Of a DNA stretch of 64,000 nt, positions 14,012 to 27,700 are shown in pieces. Numbering within the stretch: the stretch's first letter is position 1; each line of letters begins with the position of its first letter. Under the pieces are notes generated by a model. It ran no database searches, was not told the origin of the DNA, and worked only from the letters and a program-made list of their open reading frames with translations. The position numbers were made by a program, and so were the translations under genes. This DNA comes from Schmidtea polychroa (Eukaryota). The stretch spans positions 152,396,001-152,460,000 of the forward strand of contig CM097886.1 in the NCBI GenBank assembly GCA_044892525.1, given 5' to 3'.

Positions 14012-15108
14012 AGTAAATGCATGTTATACGGTGTTTTAAAAAATAAAATTAAAAATTAATCAACCCAATGAGACCCAAACTGAAAATTAAATCTAGTAGA
14101 TAGCGAACGAATTTTAACCAAATCGGAAATACTTTTAACGAAAAGTAGTGAATAATGTATTGATAACGTGTTTGACGTTCAACTCGAAAGAAATTAATGC
14201 ATGGCAAAGCTATGTTAATACGAAAAAGTATGCATTGTACCACGTCAAGGCTACCGAGCTTGTCTTATATTCTATATAAGTCCCGAATTGATTGGGTTCG
14301 ATGATCTTGTGAAATTCCGTGCAACTATAATTGCAATATTTGTACGAATTCGTATTTTTATAATTTACGATTAAGTTTTAAGCTTGTTTTAAATAGAATG
14401 TACCGTTACATCAAAGGGATGGAATTTAATGATATTGCTTTCTAATTGAATTAGAATTGGAAAACTACAAGTGAATATGTCTATCTTTGCAGGGACGCTA
14501 TATGTTATTACATTTCAACGCAAAGTATACACCTGGGTGAAATTTCAAATGACGGCAGTGCAAAATCGTTGATTGTGATGAAGCTTGTCTGCCGGCGGAA
14601 GTATAATCGGGAAGGAACCTCCATAACCAGTGATATGTGGGTGCATAAAGTGAGGCTCGCACAATGTTTTCATAAAACCTGCAGTCAGTTGAAATGCGGA
14701 AATTTTTCACCTGGAAGTCGGATTATTACAGGAAAATGGCGGCGTATGGTGCAGAAAGACGTCATTTGGGGAATGTAGTGCTTGATGGTTTAAATGACTC
14801 GCTTTACTTTGTAGATCCAGACAATACAGAGTTGCACTACACAAATATCGAGGGATGAGGTCACTTCCGAAGTATTTTATTAGGAAAAAGAAAGACTCTC
14901 AAGAGAAAAGCTGTCCGAGTATTTAATTCAATTTATTTGTGAATACACCGTTGGAAAAAAGTAAAAAGTTGCAACGCTTTAGTTTTATTACAGTTTACTA
15001 ATCCTTGAACATTTATAAAATAAATTTGAAATGTGTTCTTTTTAACGTTTTAATGAGTTTTTAATCTAATTAATTTAGTTTTAAAACACCGTATAACACG
15101 CATTTACC
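14012..15108 (+). mobile_element. Merlin (IS1016-like) DNA transposon, full length but inactivated
   Basis: About 29-bp TIRs ((g/a)gtaaatgc(a/g)tgttatacggtgttttaaaa); 8-bp TSD AAATGAAC/AAATAAAC (7/8). Transposase motifs VDCDEACL-RRKYNRE, PGSRIITGKW and FVDPDNTELHYTNIEG carry frameshifts and stops. Confidence 0.85.
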
Positions 15109-15728
15109 AAATAAACAATTGATGTCATATTACATACAAAACAGGATGTATAGTAAGAACATATTCATAATATATTATGAAGTACAACTTAACAACAATC
15201 GAATTTTTGGCGACATCTATTCGTTTGTAATATCCATAATGTTAATTTCTTAACTAGAAATTTATCGCATATCATCACGTCCTTCTGATGCCCGTTCTAA
15301 ACTGGTCATAATTTATATTTGTTTCTGGTCGGGTCGGGCCCCGCAGCTGATACCATAGTAGTTACGAAACTGTAATTTATACAGACAAAGATATCTCATA
15401 TAAAACTGTAAATATATTAAATTTGAATATTAAATTTATTAAATTAACTGAATATTAAATTTACTAATACGATAAATTTAAAGTAACATAAAAATGAATG
15501 ATTTTCTTGACATAGTTCAATGTAATTAACTTTATTAAACAAATAAATCTAATTATATAATTGGAAAATCGTATTTCTTTCAAATATGGATCCAAATATC
15601 TAATGTAAGTTTTGGAAATATTAAAATAAATAACTTTATCTTATTGTTTATAATTTATTTTAATCATTGACTGAATAACTTTGACCTTGAAAACATATGA
15701 TATAACGTATTAAATTTATTAATTTATA

Positions 15729-18700
15729 ATGGCCTCTAAAAATGTAGAACTAGGTTGCTTTTATTTATAACAGTATAATAATTATAAGGTATTTTTATTA
15801 TATAGATTTAGAAGAAAGTGAGATGTCTCAAAATTCAAATTTTGGAACTCAAAATTTGAAAATCATTGATCAGGCAACATTGGAATATTTGATGGAAAAT
15901 ATTTTGGAATTATCATCTGAAGATGCATATAATTCTAACAAAAATGGGATAAGCAATGAATACAGTCAAATATCAAGTCCGATTGTTAAAAGTATCTCAT
16001 CAAGTTCTTCTGAAAAACTTGGACAGGAACGAGTTATTAATGGTTCTGAATGGCTCTGGTACTGGAGTAGTCGTCCTGAAGTTACGAAGTTAGTTTAAGT
16101 TAATTTTAATTCGTTGCAATATCTATATATGCATTATATGAAAATCCTTTCAAACTTCATTTTTAATATTTAATTTTCCCATATTTTTACCAAGGACAAT
16201 AAATTTTGAAAATATATAAATATTTAGATTCTTCACTTATTACGGATATTAAATTTCTCAAAAAAAAAGATTTTGAATTATCTTTAACTCTATGGCAGCC
16301 AAGTTGTTTTTTTGTAAATTTAGTCATTTACACAATAAAACTTCAAAAACAATGAAAATAATTCTAAAATTTCCAAAACAAAAACAACTTATAAATAAAT
16401 TTATCAGACGAGCTGTAAATAGAACTGAATGGGTGCGTTTTATTCAATGTGTACGCGTTTATACATGTTGCGGTCGTTTTCGGCGGCATTGACTGCCCTA
16501 GAGTTGATATAATATTAATTAATTTAATAAAATCAATAATAATTTTCCTATGTTTATAGATAATTGGAAATTACCAATTAGAATTAAAATAAATTTGAAT
16601 TTCTTTCAATAAGCGCATAAATTATTTGTGCTGGCCTAGATTCGATATTGCACAAATTTGCTAGTCAAAATATTTTTGTTACATTTTGATAAACTTATAA
16701 TGTATTTTTATGTTAGATGAGTAATAGGCCGATCAATTCTTGATTCTACAATAACACTTGATAAATACTGTGGAAAAATTGTGCTAAATATAACTATTGA
16801 TTAATAACCTGGAAAGAAATGATGATAAATGAAATTGCAATAGAGATGATATTAATAGAAATAAAAATAATTATAATCAATCCTGGGTAACGGTCATTTT
16901 TGCATCAAATATATAAATTGAACGACTTGACTTAATGTCATATTTGGGCGGTATATTTTATCTATATTTCTGTAACAAATTGAAACGTAGGCGACAGCTC
17001 AGTTTTGAACTGTATATAAGTACAAAAGTTGATGCAAAATGCAGATAATACGTTTATATTGAATGCGTTGTCTTTTTTATGTATATTCGAATAATGGTCT
17101 AATGCGGAATAATAGATATTGAAAGTTGTTTTAACAATATATTTTAAAAGAAAATTTTGAACAGAATCACGCTTTTCTTTATTTTTGATTTTCTTATATT
17201 ATTATTAACTGTCAGATATCTAAAAAGAAGCACAATGGACATTGTTCCTTATTCTATTCATCCAAATGTTGATTAAATTAAACAGCACTTCAAGTTATAA
17301 TGTTTCAATCTTGATACACTATTGATGATCTTCATACTAATTATTGATATTTATAAACTATTGATACAAGAAACTGGAAAGAATAGGATCATTATTTCGT
17401 TTTGTATCATTAAAGCTCGTAGAAATGCAATGCAAGAATACAGGAAGAAGTGGCTTGATCATCATCCAGATAAAGAAAAACAGCGATTCAACGTTTTTTT
17501 TATACATAGCTTGACGTATTTACTTGCAATCTATCAGAACCATTATAGTAGAAGCATTTTTATTTGAAATTTATACCAATTTTATCACTCTCAGTGCCAT
17601 GTCAGTCATTTTTGACTGACAGTGCTTTGCAGTGACAGCAAAGAAAGAGAAAATACGGAAATATTTTAGTCTACTGTGATTTTCGTAATAGGTAAGTTCA
17701 TTTGCATAAGGTCGATCAGGTCGATTTGTCTGACAGAGACTTTTTTTAAAATGAACTTGTTAGATTAATATATATGTCTGACAATAACATGTTAAAAAGG
17801 CCTGGTAGAACAAAAAACATTACCTATCAAAAAGTACTTTCTTAAAATGTGAGGTTGACAGGATCATTTTAAAATCTATTAATATTGTTTTCTTTTGTAT
17901 TTTTGAAATAACACGTGATAGATGTTGAAAATAAATAAATACTTTTGAAAAATAATGTGCAATTTACTGAAAGAAAACAATTTTATAACACAATTTATAT
18001 TGCCCCGGGCAACGCTGGGTACCCCAGCTAGTTTTATATATTAAAAAAAGCTGCGAATGTGATCATGTAAATTATATTCACATTTTCCAATAGAAAAGAA
18101 TAAATTTACCAATTTTGGCTCATTACTGCTGTATCACTGTATCTCTTAGTATTTCACTTTAACCCTATAATTTTTAGTTTCCTTAATTTTCGTTCGTGAC
18201 AAATTATTTATTTTGAATTTTTTTAAATTTTCATATTAATAGTACAACAGGTCTCCCACTTTTGAATTTCGTTTCTCATAACAAATATTGTCTCAAATCT
18301 GAAGAAATACATATGTTCCAAAGAAAATAACGCGACTAATGTATATCCCCTAGAAAAACTCCAATGTGACAATTATATTTCATGGGAAATTTTATTTTTT
18401 ATTCAAAATAGAGAATTGTTTTGTTTTGAGAAAATTATCCAATTAAAACTGTAATTTACATAGTAAAGTTTCAATAAGATGTCGAACACTTGACAATAAC
18501 TTATCTTGAATGATTGAGAATTTCACTGCATATGTCTGCAATGGATAGGGTTATTAAGAACCATATAGTACGAGTTGGACATCGTTTTTTAACCATCCTT
18601 ATCAATGTTTAATGTATTATCTTATTTTTCATTTGACAATAGATCAATAAATTCAAATTATTCACGAATTTTCTGCAGTCTAAATAAAGTGTCAAAGGTA

Positions 18701-21700
18701 ACTGGATTTAGTGAATTCATGAAAGTGTTTCTAAAGTTATTTGAATTTTTATCCTTAAATAAATAAAAATTCCTAACAGGTGATTTATTGATTACTGTAC
18801 TTATTGAATATTGAAATAGTAAGAAATTTTAATTACAAAAAATTTTGAAACTAATAATTGATTATTTTAAATTGCACTTGGAATAAAACTTCACTTCAAG
18901 ATTTTATTTTCTATTAGTATATATTTGCCATTTCTAAGACGGAAGGAATTATGACATCTTTACGAGATATAAATTAAAATTTTCCATAATTTTTAAAATA
19001 ATTTCTGAAAGTTGTCATTGCGTATCTGTGATACCCGAAAGATGCTCAATAATTTTATTATTATTATAACACTGCATATTAATAATAAAAATATTAATTT
19101 TTTTGTATAAAACTTGTATTTTTAATTACAAAATTAAATTTATTTAACATGTTGTTGGTTAGTGTTACTTAGTTAATAAATAAATTTATATTTGTTAGGG
19201 TTTCTGAGCGCACTCGACCCGGACCCGGGTTAGGGTTCCTAGAATTTCAAGTTTTAAAATTAAATAATTTTTGTAAAAATCAAAATGCATTATTACATTT
19301 AAATTGTTTTATTTGTAACTAACAATATTTTGGAGAAAACAAGAATAAAATTAATAACTTGAAATATTCGACAATGATTGGAAATGGGAATGCGTTTTCT
19401 AAATCTTTGGTAAATCTAAAATAAATTTTTTAGAAGCGTAAAATCAATAATAACGTCTCTTACCTAAATAGACACCCAAAGGTAAATCAAGATACCATAT
19501 TTGTAAGCTATAATGTTATAATAATGAATTTTTTACTATTTTATTTGAAATCTGATCCAGCCGGCTACCTCGTGGCAAGTTATGTTTTAATTATAATATC
19601 TAAGTTTTAATTATTTCATTTCCTCGTTAATTACTGTCTTTCCTTGACATACCCTGCACAAAATCTTATTATAGCACATAAAAATTAAAATACTCATCAC
19701 TTCTGTAGCAGAAGTTCTGTTTAAAAAAAAATTAAAAACAAAATTCATTTCTAATTTTTGATGATAATAAATTATTAATTTGTCTATTTGTTTGAAATAA
19801 AATTATGATTTTAATTCACATTTTCGATTTTTTTTCATTAAATCTCTTGGTAAAAGATCTTTTTAGATTTTTTAATAGAATCGAGTTAGTATTTTTAGAG
19901 ATTGTTATCATTCAAATTATTATAATAAACTTTTGATGAAGTTAACTTGTCAAATGTTTGATTTATTTAAATAAAATAGAGGTTTGTGTGAGAAAGATCA
20001 TTAGACTGTGAATATAAAGGTCGGTGGTGACTTGTTGTTTCAATACATTGGTCGAGTTGATGAAACATTAATGTTTATTTATTACATTTGTTTTGTTAGT
20101 ATAATCTTCACTGTGCTAATCAAGTAGCACATTTGTTATACAGTGAAAACTATTCATTAACAATAGCCAAGCTAATGGACATCTAAGAGAAGTGACATAA
20201 AATTGTTAATTTTTATTTAAATTACAGTGATTGGCATGTACTGATTTTCATGTCAATTCTTTTTTCTAGGTGTAATCATGTAGGTCTGATTCAAATGGTG
20301 AATACAAATTGGATATGTCACCGGATATTAATATCGTCATTCATATCATTCGGAATTTATTTTATTTCATGAAGGTCTTTTGATTAAATTGTCAACTGTC
20401 CATTGATAAATACATTGGCTTGTTGTCGAGATTAACAATATATTCACCTTTTGTATTTTAAGTCATAGAAACTTTGGTTTTTTTTCGTAGTCTAATCTTT
20501 TACTTTCACTTTTTGGCAAAGGCAAGCTTGTCCTTTAAATAATTTGCACGTATAAGCACCCACAGGATATTTTTTTCAGGGAGGCAAAAATTAAATTTTG
20601 GTAAAAAATTTATGTGATTCAGGGTGAAGTCAAGGTTTTTTTGCTACTTTTTCCTATATATTGTTAATTATAGTGTCATTCCTGAATAGCAAACCAAATT
20701 ATAAATGGTGTTATATTTTCAACAAAATTCATTAATCGATATTTTTCTTATTGTAAAATTTATGTTACAATTAAACCGAATTATAATAGTATAAATTACC
20801 CAAATATATATTTTTTATAAAATATATAAATAATTAATTTCGGAGAACGTGCATTTTTAACAAAAATGCTTTAGTAATTATAGAAAAATAAATTTTGACA
20901 GTATTGAAGCGGTAAAAAATGAGTTTAAAAATATATAATATATTACATGATTGAATTTTAATTTTAACATTCTGACTACTGACTATAAAAAGAAATAATT
21001 ATTTATTTATTAAATATTGCATGGATTTAAGGTTACCAGATTTTCCCAATGACAAACCTGGACAAAGAGGACTTTTTACAAAATAAATAAAATTTATTAA
21101 AAAAAATTAAAATAAATACTTCATTTCTTATAAAAATAAAAAATGGGCCATTATTACTTTAACAAGGTCAAGTACATTTATTAAATAACTGGCTAAAAAT
21201 TAATAACACAAATAAGAAACATAAAAATATAAACATTCTTTTCATAATAAAAAGGATAACGAAAAATAATAATAAATGCATTAATATAATAAAACTAAAA
21301 ACAATGCCACAAAACTTAAACTAAACTTATTTATACTTGCAGCTGGAATTTGCCTCCTTCATTAAATCGTTATTATTTAATATGTAATAGTATATTTCAC
21401 TACAACTGAGATTAAAATTAATGACACATTTTAATATGGCCTCAACTGTTTCTGGTAATAATCTATTTCTTTCGTCCGACAATTGAATTTCCTTAAGGGA
21501 AAATATATGCTCCACATTAGCATTGTGGGCAGGTATTGAAAATTAATATTCATACATCTTAAAAATGTCAATGTATTGTTCTAAAAAATCGGTTTCCATT
21601 TTAGAAAAAAATTTTGATTATTAGAAGATTTCAAGTTTTCAAGTCAAATAGGCAAATTTTTTAGCTTGAGTTCTTAAGCTGATTTCAAGTCAAGTTTCGT

Positions 21701-24199
21701 TTACATAAGTTTTTAATGTACTTGAAGTATATTTTAAATACACTTCAAGTATCATGTAAACGAGGTAATAAATGGTACAAAGTTTCAATGCATTTTTCAT
21801 TACTTTACTATATTTTTCGCTAAAAATCGTAAACCCGGGACACTCAAAAAGGACATGAAAACTGGAATAATCCCGGGAAACCGGGAAGTAAGGCAACCCT
21901 AATGGGTTGCAACTATTATAAATAAAAAGGTTTATGGAATATCATTGCAACAGTTTATGTAATAACGATGCAATACTCCTCCTGGACCCCGGCGGAATAG
22001 TTCGCATTGAGTCTCAGTCGTATTATTTAAAAAAAAATCAACATCTGAACACGGTAATATCGTGATATATATCAAGTGGCTTTTCTAGTACAATTATTGT
22101 TTCTAGATTTATATAATAATATATCAATAACATACCTGTATCTTAGATTTCTAAAATGGTTTAAGGCCCATATTGCTTATTCATATTGGTGTTCTATTGA
22201 CAATTTGAATTATTTAAACAAAAAAGAAAAAATCTTTAAATTTACTAGAAACTATTTCTTTTTTACAGTCATTAGTGATAAATATTACATTTTCAAATGA
22301 ATAGAAATTTATCATCATACCCATAGAAGTTATTATGAAAATGTAAGTAATCTTTATTTTCAATTGCCTAAAGTATTTTTTAAAATCAACTATGATAAAT
22401 TTTGTAACATACTGTCGCATTCAGTATTTCTCAAAATAAAATCAAGTTAAAAAATAAAAAAACTTTTTTCGAAACACCTTTTGACATTGATAAGTTGAAG
22501 TGTTATGACTTGTGATTAGTTTCCCAAATTCGTGGTTCATTATTTGAATAGTTTTATATAGCTTAGAACCTTCGTCAATGAAAAGTGCATGATTAGTTAA
22601 CCTAGTATAATCAATTTTAATAGTCTTATTTAAGCTGCAAATACAAATTTCAATCTTCTGAATTAATATTATTTTTGATGAATTTTACAATATTTATGAA
22701 AATGACTAAGTGAAAATAGAATAATAAAAAGTTTATCATATAATTAAGTTTTTAAATCATTATATTAACCCATTGAGTGTCAGTATCCTTTTTCTATCTA
22801 AGAATTTTTAATGTAATAATTTAATTTTCCTGTGATGTCTTTTCCAGCTTTTATTTTTTATATTCGGATACGAAATTAATTAATTCTCTGCATAACTTGC
22901 ATTTTTAATGCCAAATTTTGACATCATACTTTTAATTATAGGCATTGTGTAGCATTTATTATATTCTCAATATAGTTTTTATTTAATTAATTAACCAATT
23001 AATCGTTTTTGACAAGTTACGGTTTTTCTATAATTCAGAGTCAGATAAAAATGTGTTAAAAAAATTGCTCTTAAAATAAATAAAAATGAGCTATAATATA
23101 TATTAAAAAATTAATTTAGGATTAAGATTAATAATTTTAAGATAACATTTAATTTATTTAAGCTTTCGATTATCTACTTTTGGATCTCATCTAATTAAAA
23201 TAATACCTCATCTAATTATAATTATAGCTCATTTTAAACAACAGCTCTATTAAAATAATTATGTGATCTTTTAAATCCTTTTAGAGCACAACTAATATTA
23301 CCCCTTAATTAATTAATTAATTAAAATATTGTGTATTGATTAATTTAGAATTTTATCAATATGGTATGTAAATAATGATTGTAAACATTATATTAATAAT
23401 TTAAATGTAATATAATGTAAATTAATAGAATGATTGTAGAATGATGTTTTATTGCTCAAGATATTGTTGGCGTAAAATAATCTTGTTTAAAATTTGTGAA
23501 ACATATTTGAATTTCGAATTTTTAATTAATTTAAATGGATACAATTAATACTCGATCCAAACAGTCTAACACTATGCAACTCAAATTTCTATCATAACAA
23601 CTAGTTGACAACATAATTTGTTGAATAAGATTTCTTTCTGAAATTTTTCATTATTATGAATTCAAGCGTAAATGAAATTTCTAAAATGGAAATTTCTTTA
23701 ATGATGCTATCTCGGTTTACAAGTTGTTTTTGAGAGAAGTCTAATCGTTCCATGTTGCTTTATTCTTCTATTTCTAGATTAAAATCTAGCAAAGTTAATA
23801 CTATATTATACAGAATTTTGATGTTCTGTTTGATAGCGCTAGCACCAGACAATTACACACATAAATAAGTTTATCTTGCCTAAAATTCAATATGGACAAT
23901 AATTTTAAAAAAAAAGAAAAAAAAAGGTATTTATTTTGGTTGATTTTTCAATTACATTTAGCTTCTACAATTGCAACAAATCGGTAACCTGTGAAAACTT
24001 TGAACAAATCAACCAAGACCCGGATACGTCTGTCAATGTCGAAGTTCCATCAATTGATTTTCCCAGTTGGTTGTTAAGTTATTTACCAATCATTTACTCT
24101 CACGCGTGTACATTCATTCTTGGGGCTGCTACGTATGATTTTTCAATTATGTTTTTATATCTTTTCAGTGAATTATACATTTTATTGAAATGCATTTGA
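15729..24199 (+). CDS. BNIP3: BNIP3/NIX-like mitophagy receptor gene (multi-exon, ~7.5 kb intron)
   Basis: Exons 15729-15753, 15806-16088 and 16408-16432 join in frame and include MENIL...SSP and the hallmark WLWYWSSRPE. A C-terminal transmembrane exon near 23962-24132 reads YLPIIYSHACTFILGAAT; stop at 24197-24199. The phase link across the large intron is unresolved. Confidence 0.7.
17300..17560 (+). mobile_element. Decayed hAT transposase fragment inside the BNIP3 intron
   Basis: A frameshifted reading KEKQRFNVFF-YT*LDVFTCNLSEPL resembles the hAT FRINFFYxILDxxxxxLxERF segment. Confidence 0.4.
18003..18031 (+). mobile_element. Helitron 3' terminus
   Basis: GC-rich hairpin CCCCGGGCAACGCTGGG followed about 8 nt later by CTAG|T; 5' end not located. 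Confidence 0.55.
21028..21901 (-). mobile_element. Internally deleted hAT element retaining the dimerization domain
   Basis: Ends TAGGGTTGCC (at 21901, minus strand) and TAAGGTTACC (at 21028) with CCGGGAC-type subterminal motifs; IPAHNANVEHIFSL...DERNRLLPETVEAIL (ORF 21327-21515); degenerate TSD about 6/8. Confidence 0.75.
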
Positions 24200-25439
24200 A
24201 ATAAGGTCGACTTTTCTAGTCTAAAACTGTCAAAAAAAATTTTAGAACAAACAAAAATTATTAGTAAAATCTTTTAGATTCTCCTCAATTATCAATTGTT
24301 TTAATTTATTATTTTTTATAAAAAATTCAAATGATAGATAAATTTTTGACACAGCTTTTATTTAAATGATCTTAAGTATAATTAAAATATTGAATGTGTT
24401 TATGAATACTCTTTACTCAATCAGTTATAGCTCGTGGACTTCAATAAATACGAATTTCATTATAGTGCAAGGAATCAGGCTGATTAAATACATTAAGTGT
24501 TAGTTTTCATGTTTCTAATCTACTGGACATCTTTTTTGCAACTTCATGCAAGATGTTATAGTCTATTATAAATATAATTCTGGAAAGCTCCATATTTGAG
24601 TATATATATTTCAATTTTCTCCTCTGATTTCTTTTCAATTGACATTGTATTTATTTAAAAAAACTTGACTATGAATCAGTAACGATATCGATGTTTTTTC
24701 TTTTGATATTGACGAATTTTCGGCAGTCTTTTTGTAGTGATTTTAAAGTTTACATAATTTACATATTTATTTAAACTTTTGTGTTTTTGTTTTGGCCCTG
24801 ATACAAATTTTGGTATCTGCTTAGAACACTCCCCTTTACAATATTATACAAGTTTATTTAAATTTTTTTATTAATTCCAAAATTACGTTTCACGATTTTT
24901 TTTGACAGTTTTTCTGTTGCTATTAGGTATTTCCTAACTGTTGAAATATATGTCCGCCGTTTTCTTATATTTAATTCATTGCCATGTTTTTTTATTTAAT
25001 TAATATTATATAAAGGAGAAAGGTTTTCTAAACAAGTACCCAAATTTCTTATACATTTCATTTTGACCACTCTGAGCCGTTTTAATCCCAATTATGCACT
25101 TCGAAATTGTCGGATGGTCAACGCCATATTCAAATGACATTTTAAACAATAAATTCAAAATCTATAGGAATAGAATGCAGTTGAAAATCAAACGAAATAC
25201 ATAAAATAGAACTGAAAAACTGTCAGTAATAATTAAGAACGGGCGCAATTAATTATAAAGTACTTATTTAGAAAACCCCTAACTAATTGTAATAGATTGT
25301 TGTATTTTAATCACCATTGTCATTTTCGACAATTTCTCAATTAGGTTTGGTTTTCTTTTTGGTCATTGTCGTCCCCGTAGCGTCGCTATTATCGCTATTG
25401 TCGCTATTGAAGAAATTTTTAAAAATCGAAGAATTTGAA

Positions 25440-25700
25440 AATTGATTAAAAGACTTAAAATACAAGAAGATATATCAAAAATTTCAATGCTTAAACTAAC
25501 AGAACCGAAACTCCTAGTATTTAAGAAAGCCCACCTAAAATTCTATAAAATAAAACGACAGAATCGAAATCATCGTTTGTTCGAGGAAATATTTCAAAAT
25601 TTCCGAAATTAAAAAGAAACAGATTTGAAGTTTTATTCATAGCAGTAATAAAACCCGAACTTTCAATCCCCCCGAATTTCGAGAACAACAGATTAGAAGA
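25440..25700 (+). mobile_element. Possible Penelope-like/GIY-YIG endonuclease 3' relic
   Basis: Only the motif EVLFIAVIKPELS, resembling ESLxIxxLKPELN; heavily degenerate. Confidence 0.28.
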
Positions 25701-25750
25701 TCTAAAAAATAAAATAATAGATAAATCAGACTGTAATAGAAATTGTTGTA

Positions 25751-25762
25751 ACACACACACAC

Positions 25763-25800
<38 letters not shown>
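25751..25800. repeat. Compound (CA)n(TA)n microsatellite
   Basis: Seen directly in the sequence. Confidence 0.95.
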
Positions 25801-25802
<2 letters not shown>

Positions 25803-25804
25803 CA

Positions 25805-27700
25805 ATGATTTCGATTTCGTTCGCTCAGCAATTTAGACTAGAAAGTTTCAAAATATTTGATGGGGCAATTGAAAAATTTGCGAGAAACTATTGTTCAGTG
25901 GCAATAACAATGCCTTCATATGAAACAATACAACGTCACTTTCTAACTAAAGTATTCAATTCGCATCTTATGATGATAGTTGAAGTGATTCAGGGAACAT
26001 ATCTTAGTTTAATAGTTGATGAAATCAATGATTTCTTTGGTAGAAGTACATTAAGCACTGATGAAAAGAAAGGAAGTCATTGTGTAATTCATCTGAAGAG
26101 ACAAGAAATATAATACACGTTACTGACGTTACCCACCTAGTACATCTTTCAGTTGATAAAGCAATGATATCTTTGGGCTTTGAATATTCTAATAAAAATT
26201 GTCAATATTTTGCGGAGTGTCAACAGATAGCGTTAGAACCGAATAAATTATCCGAAGTACCGTAAAGTTCTGAATATAGTACCCCCCTGAATAGAGTACC
26301 CCGGATACACTAATAGCAACATTTGTCCAAATACAGTACCCCGGGTACAGTAATTGGAATTTTTTTTTGGAAATTAATTTCGAACTTCATATTGGATTTA
26401 TGGTTCATGCTAGTTTTATTCTATATACTACTAAAACCATTATGAAAATGGTGTGAAGCTTCATCTACTAATAAATCCATTTATATTTGTTAAACATTAT
26501 TTTGACAAATGCAAATATAGACAAGGAGGCCGAAAATATAAACAATTTTTAAATGTTATAAACAATTATAATAAAAAAATTCTCGTTTGACAACTAAACA
26601 AAAAAAATCTAAAATCTAATCTCAATTAAAAAAAATCGAAAAAGTTTAAAAATATATTAGATTAATATTTTTGGCCTATCACAGTATAGGTAGGTGTCAT
26701 CAGTGTTTTAAAATTTTCTTTTTTTATTTAGCATTTTATTTTAATACAGCCATGTCATCGAAAAGGAAGAATATCACAATTGAACGCAAGTTGCAAATTG
26801 TATCGCGAGTAAAGAATGGAGTCATTACATTTTTTAGAAAAAGACACTGGTTACCAAAGAAATCAAATCAGGAAATGGGTACGTCTAGAGAATGATTTTC
26901 TTGGATTAATAAATAAAAGAAGAAAGAGTAGAGTTTTGAGAGGAGATTCTAAGCCAAAATTTCGCGATATATGTTACGTTGCCAATAATGTACCTGGGTA
27001 TACGAATTGGATTTATTATTTTTTCAGAATATTGCCATTTTCCAATTAGAGTACCCGGGTATTATATTCAGAACTTTACGGTAGTTCCCAGTCCATGGTT
27101 GGGTTTTTACGAAAGTCTTAAAGTTATGATTGCACTGTGAAACGGAATATTAACTTTTATCGACTGTGAAAACTTTGAAGAAAACAAAAGATTCAAGAAA
27201 TGAAGGAATTGATGAATACTGTTTATAAAAACGTGCTTAAGCGACAATTATTATACTTGGAAGAAAGATTAACACCAGTCGTTGTAATTTAGGTGAAATT
27301 AGAAACAAAAGACCAGTATTAGAAAAGATGAATTACTTCATAAACATGTTAATAAATAATCAAATGGAAAAACATTAGAAACTACAATATTACGGTAAAT
27401 GCTCAATTTTTATTAGCAGGTTCGATGATAATATCTATAAAAATTTTGACAGTAGCTTGAAAGATTTTATTAAGTAAATTTTTGTAAGATTCATCTATTG
27501 AATAGATTCTATTCGATGTCCTCATCTTAGCAAATATGCACTTACACTTTTATGTATTCTAATTGGTAGCTGCGGTGATGAGAGATCTTTTAGCCGTTTG
27601 TGGCATATTCAGATTCCAGAAAGAAGTTCTATGGATGAAGTCACTTTGGAGATGCAGACAATTTGATATTTTAATAATTTGGATGAGAATGAATAATAAT
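25805..27700 (+). mobile_element. Decayed CGGBP1-like hAT transposase, interrupted by a pogo element
   Basis: MPSYETIQRHFLTKVF...LSLIVDEINDFFGRS before the insertion; PSPWLGFYES and DERSFSRLWHIQIPERSSM (dimerization motif) after it. Confidence 0.6.
26260..27081 (+). mobile_element. pogo/Tigger-like deletion derivative (822 bp)
   Basis: About 24-bp TIR CCGTAAAGTTCTGAATATA(G/A)TACCC; TA TSD (26258-59, 27082-83). A frameshifted CENP-B/psq HTH starts at ATG 26752 (MSSKRKNITIERKLQIVSRVKNG/ESLHFLEKDTGYQRNQIRKWVR); no DDD domain. Confidence 0.85.

Noticed and set aside
17322-17567. J-domain-like YRKKWLDHHPDK in the 81-aa ORF
   Set aside because: No J-domain helices around the HPD; the neighbouring frameshifted reading fits an hAT transposase relic better.
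19195-19235. Two TTAGGG hexamers (interstitial telomere?)
   Set aside because: Not tandem; they resemble TAGGGTT-type hAT end motifs or chance matches.
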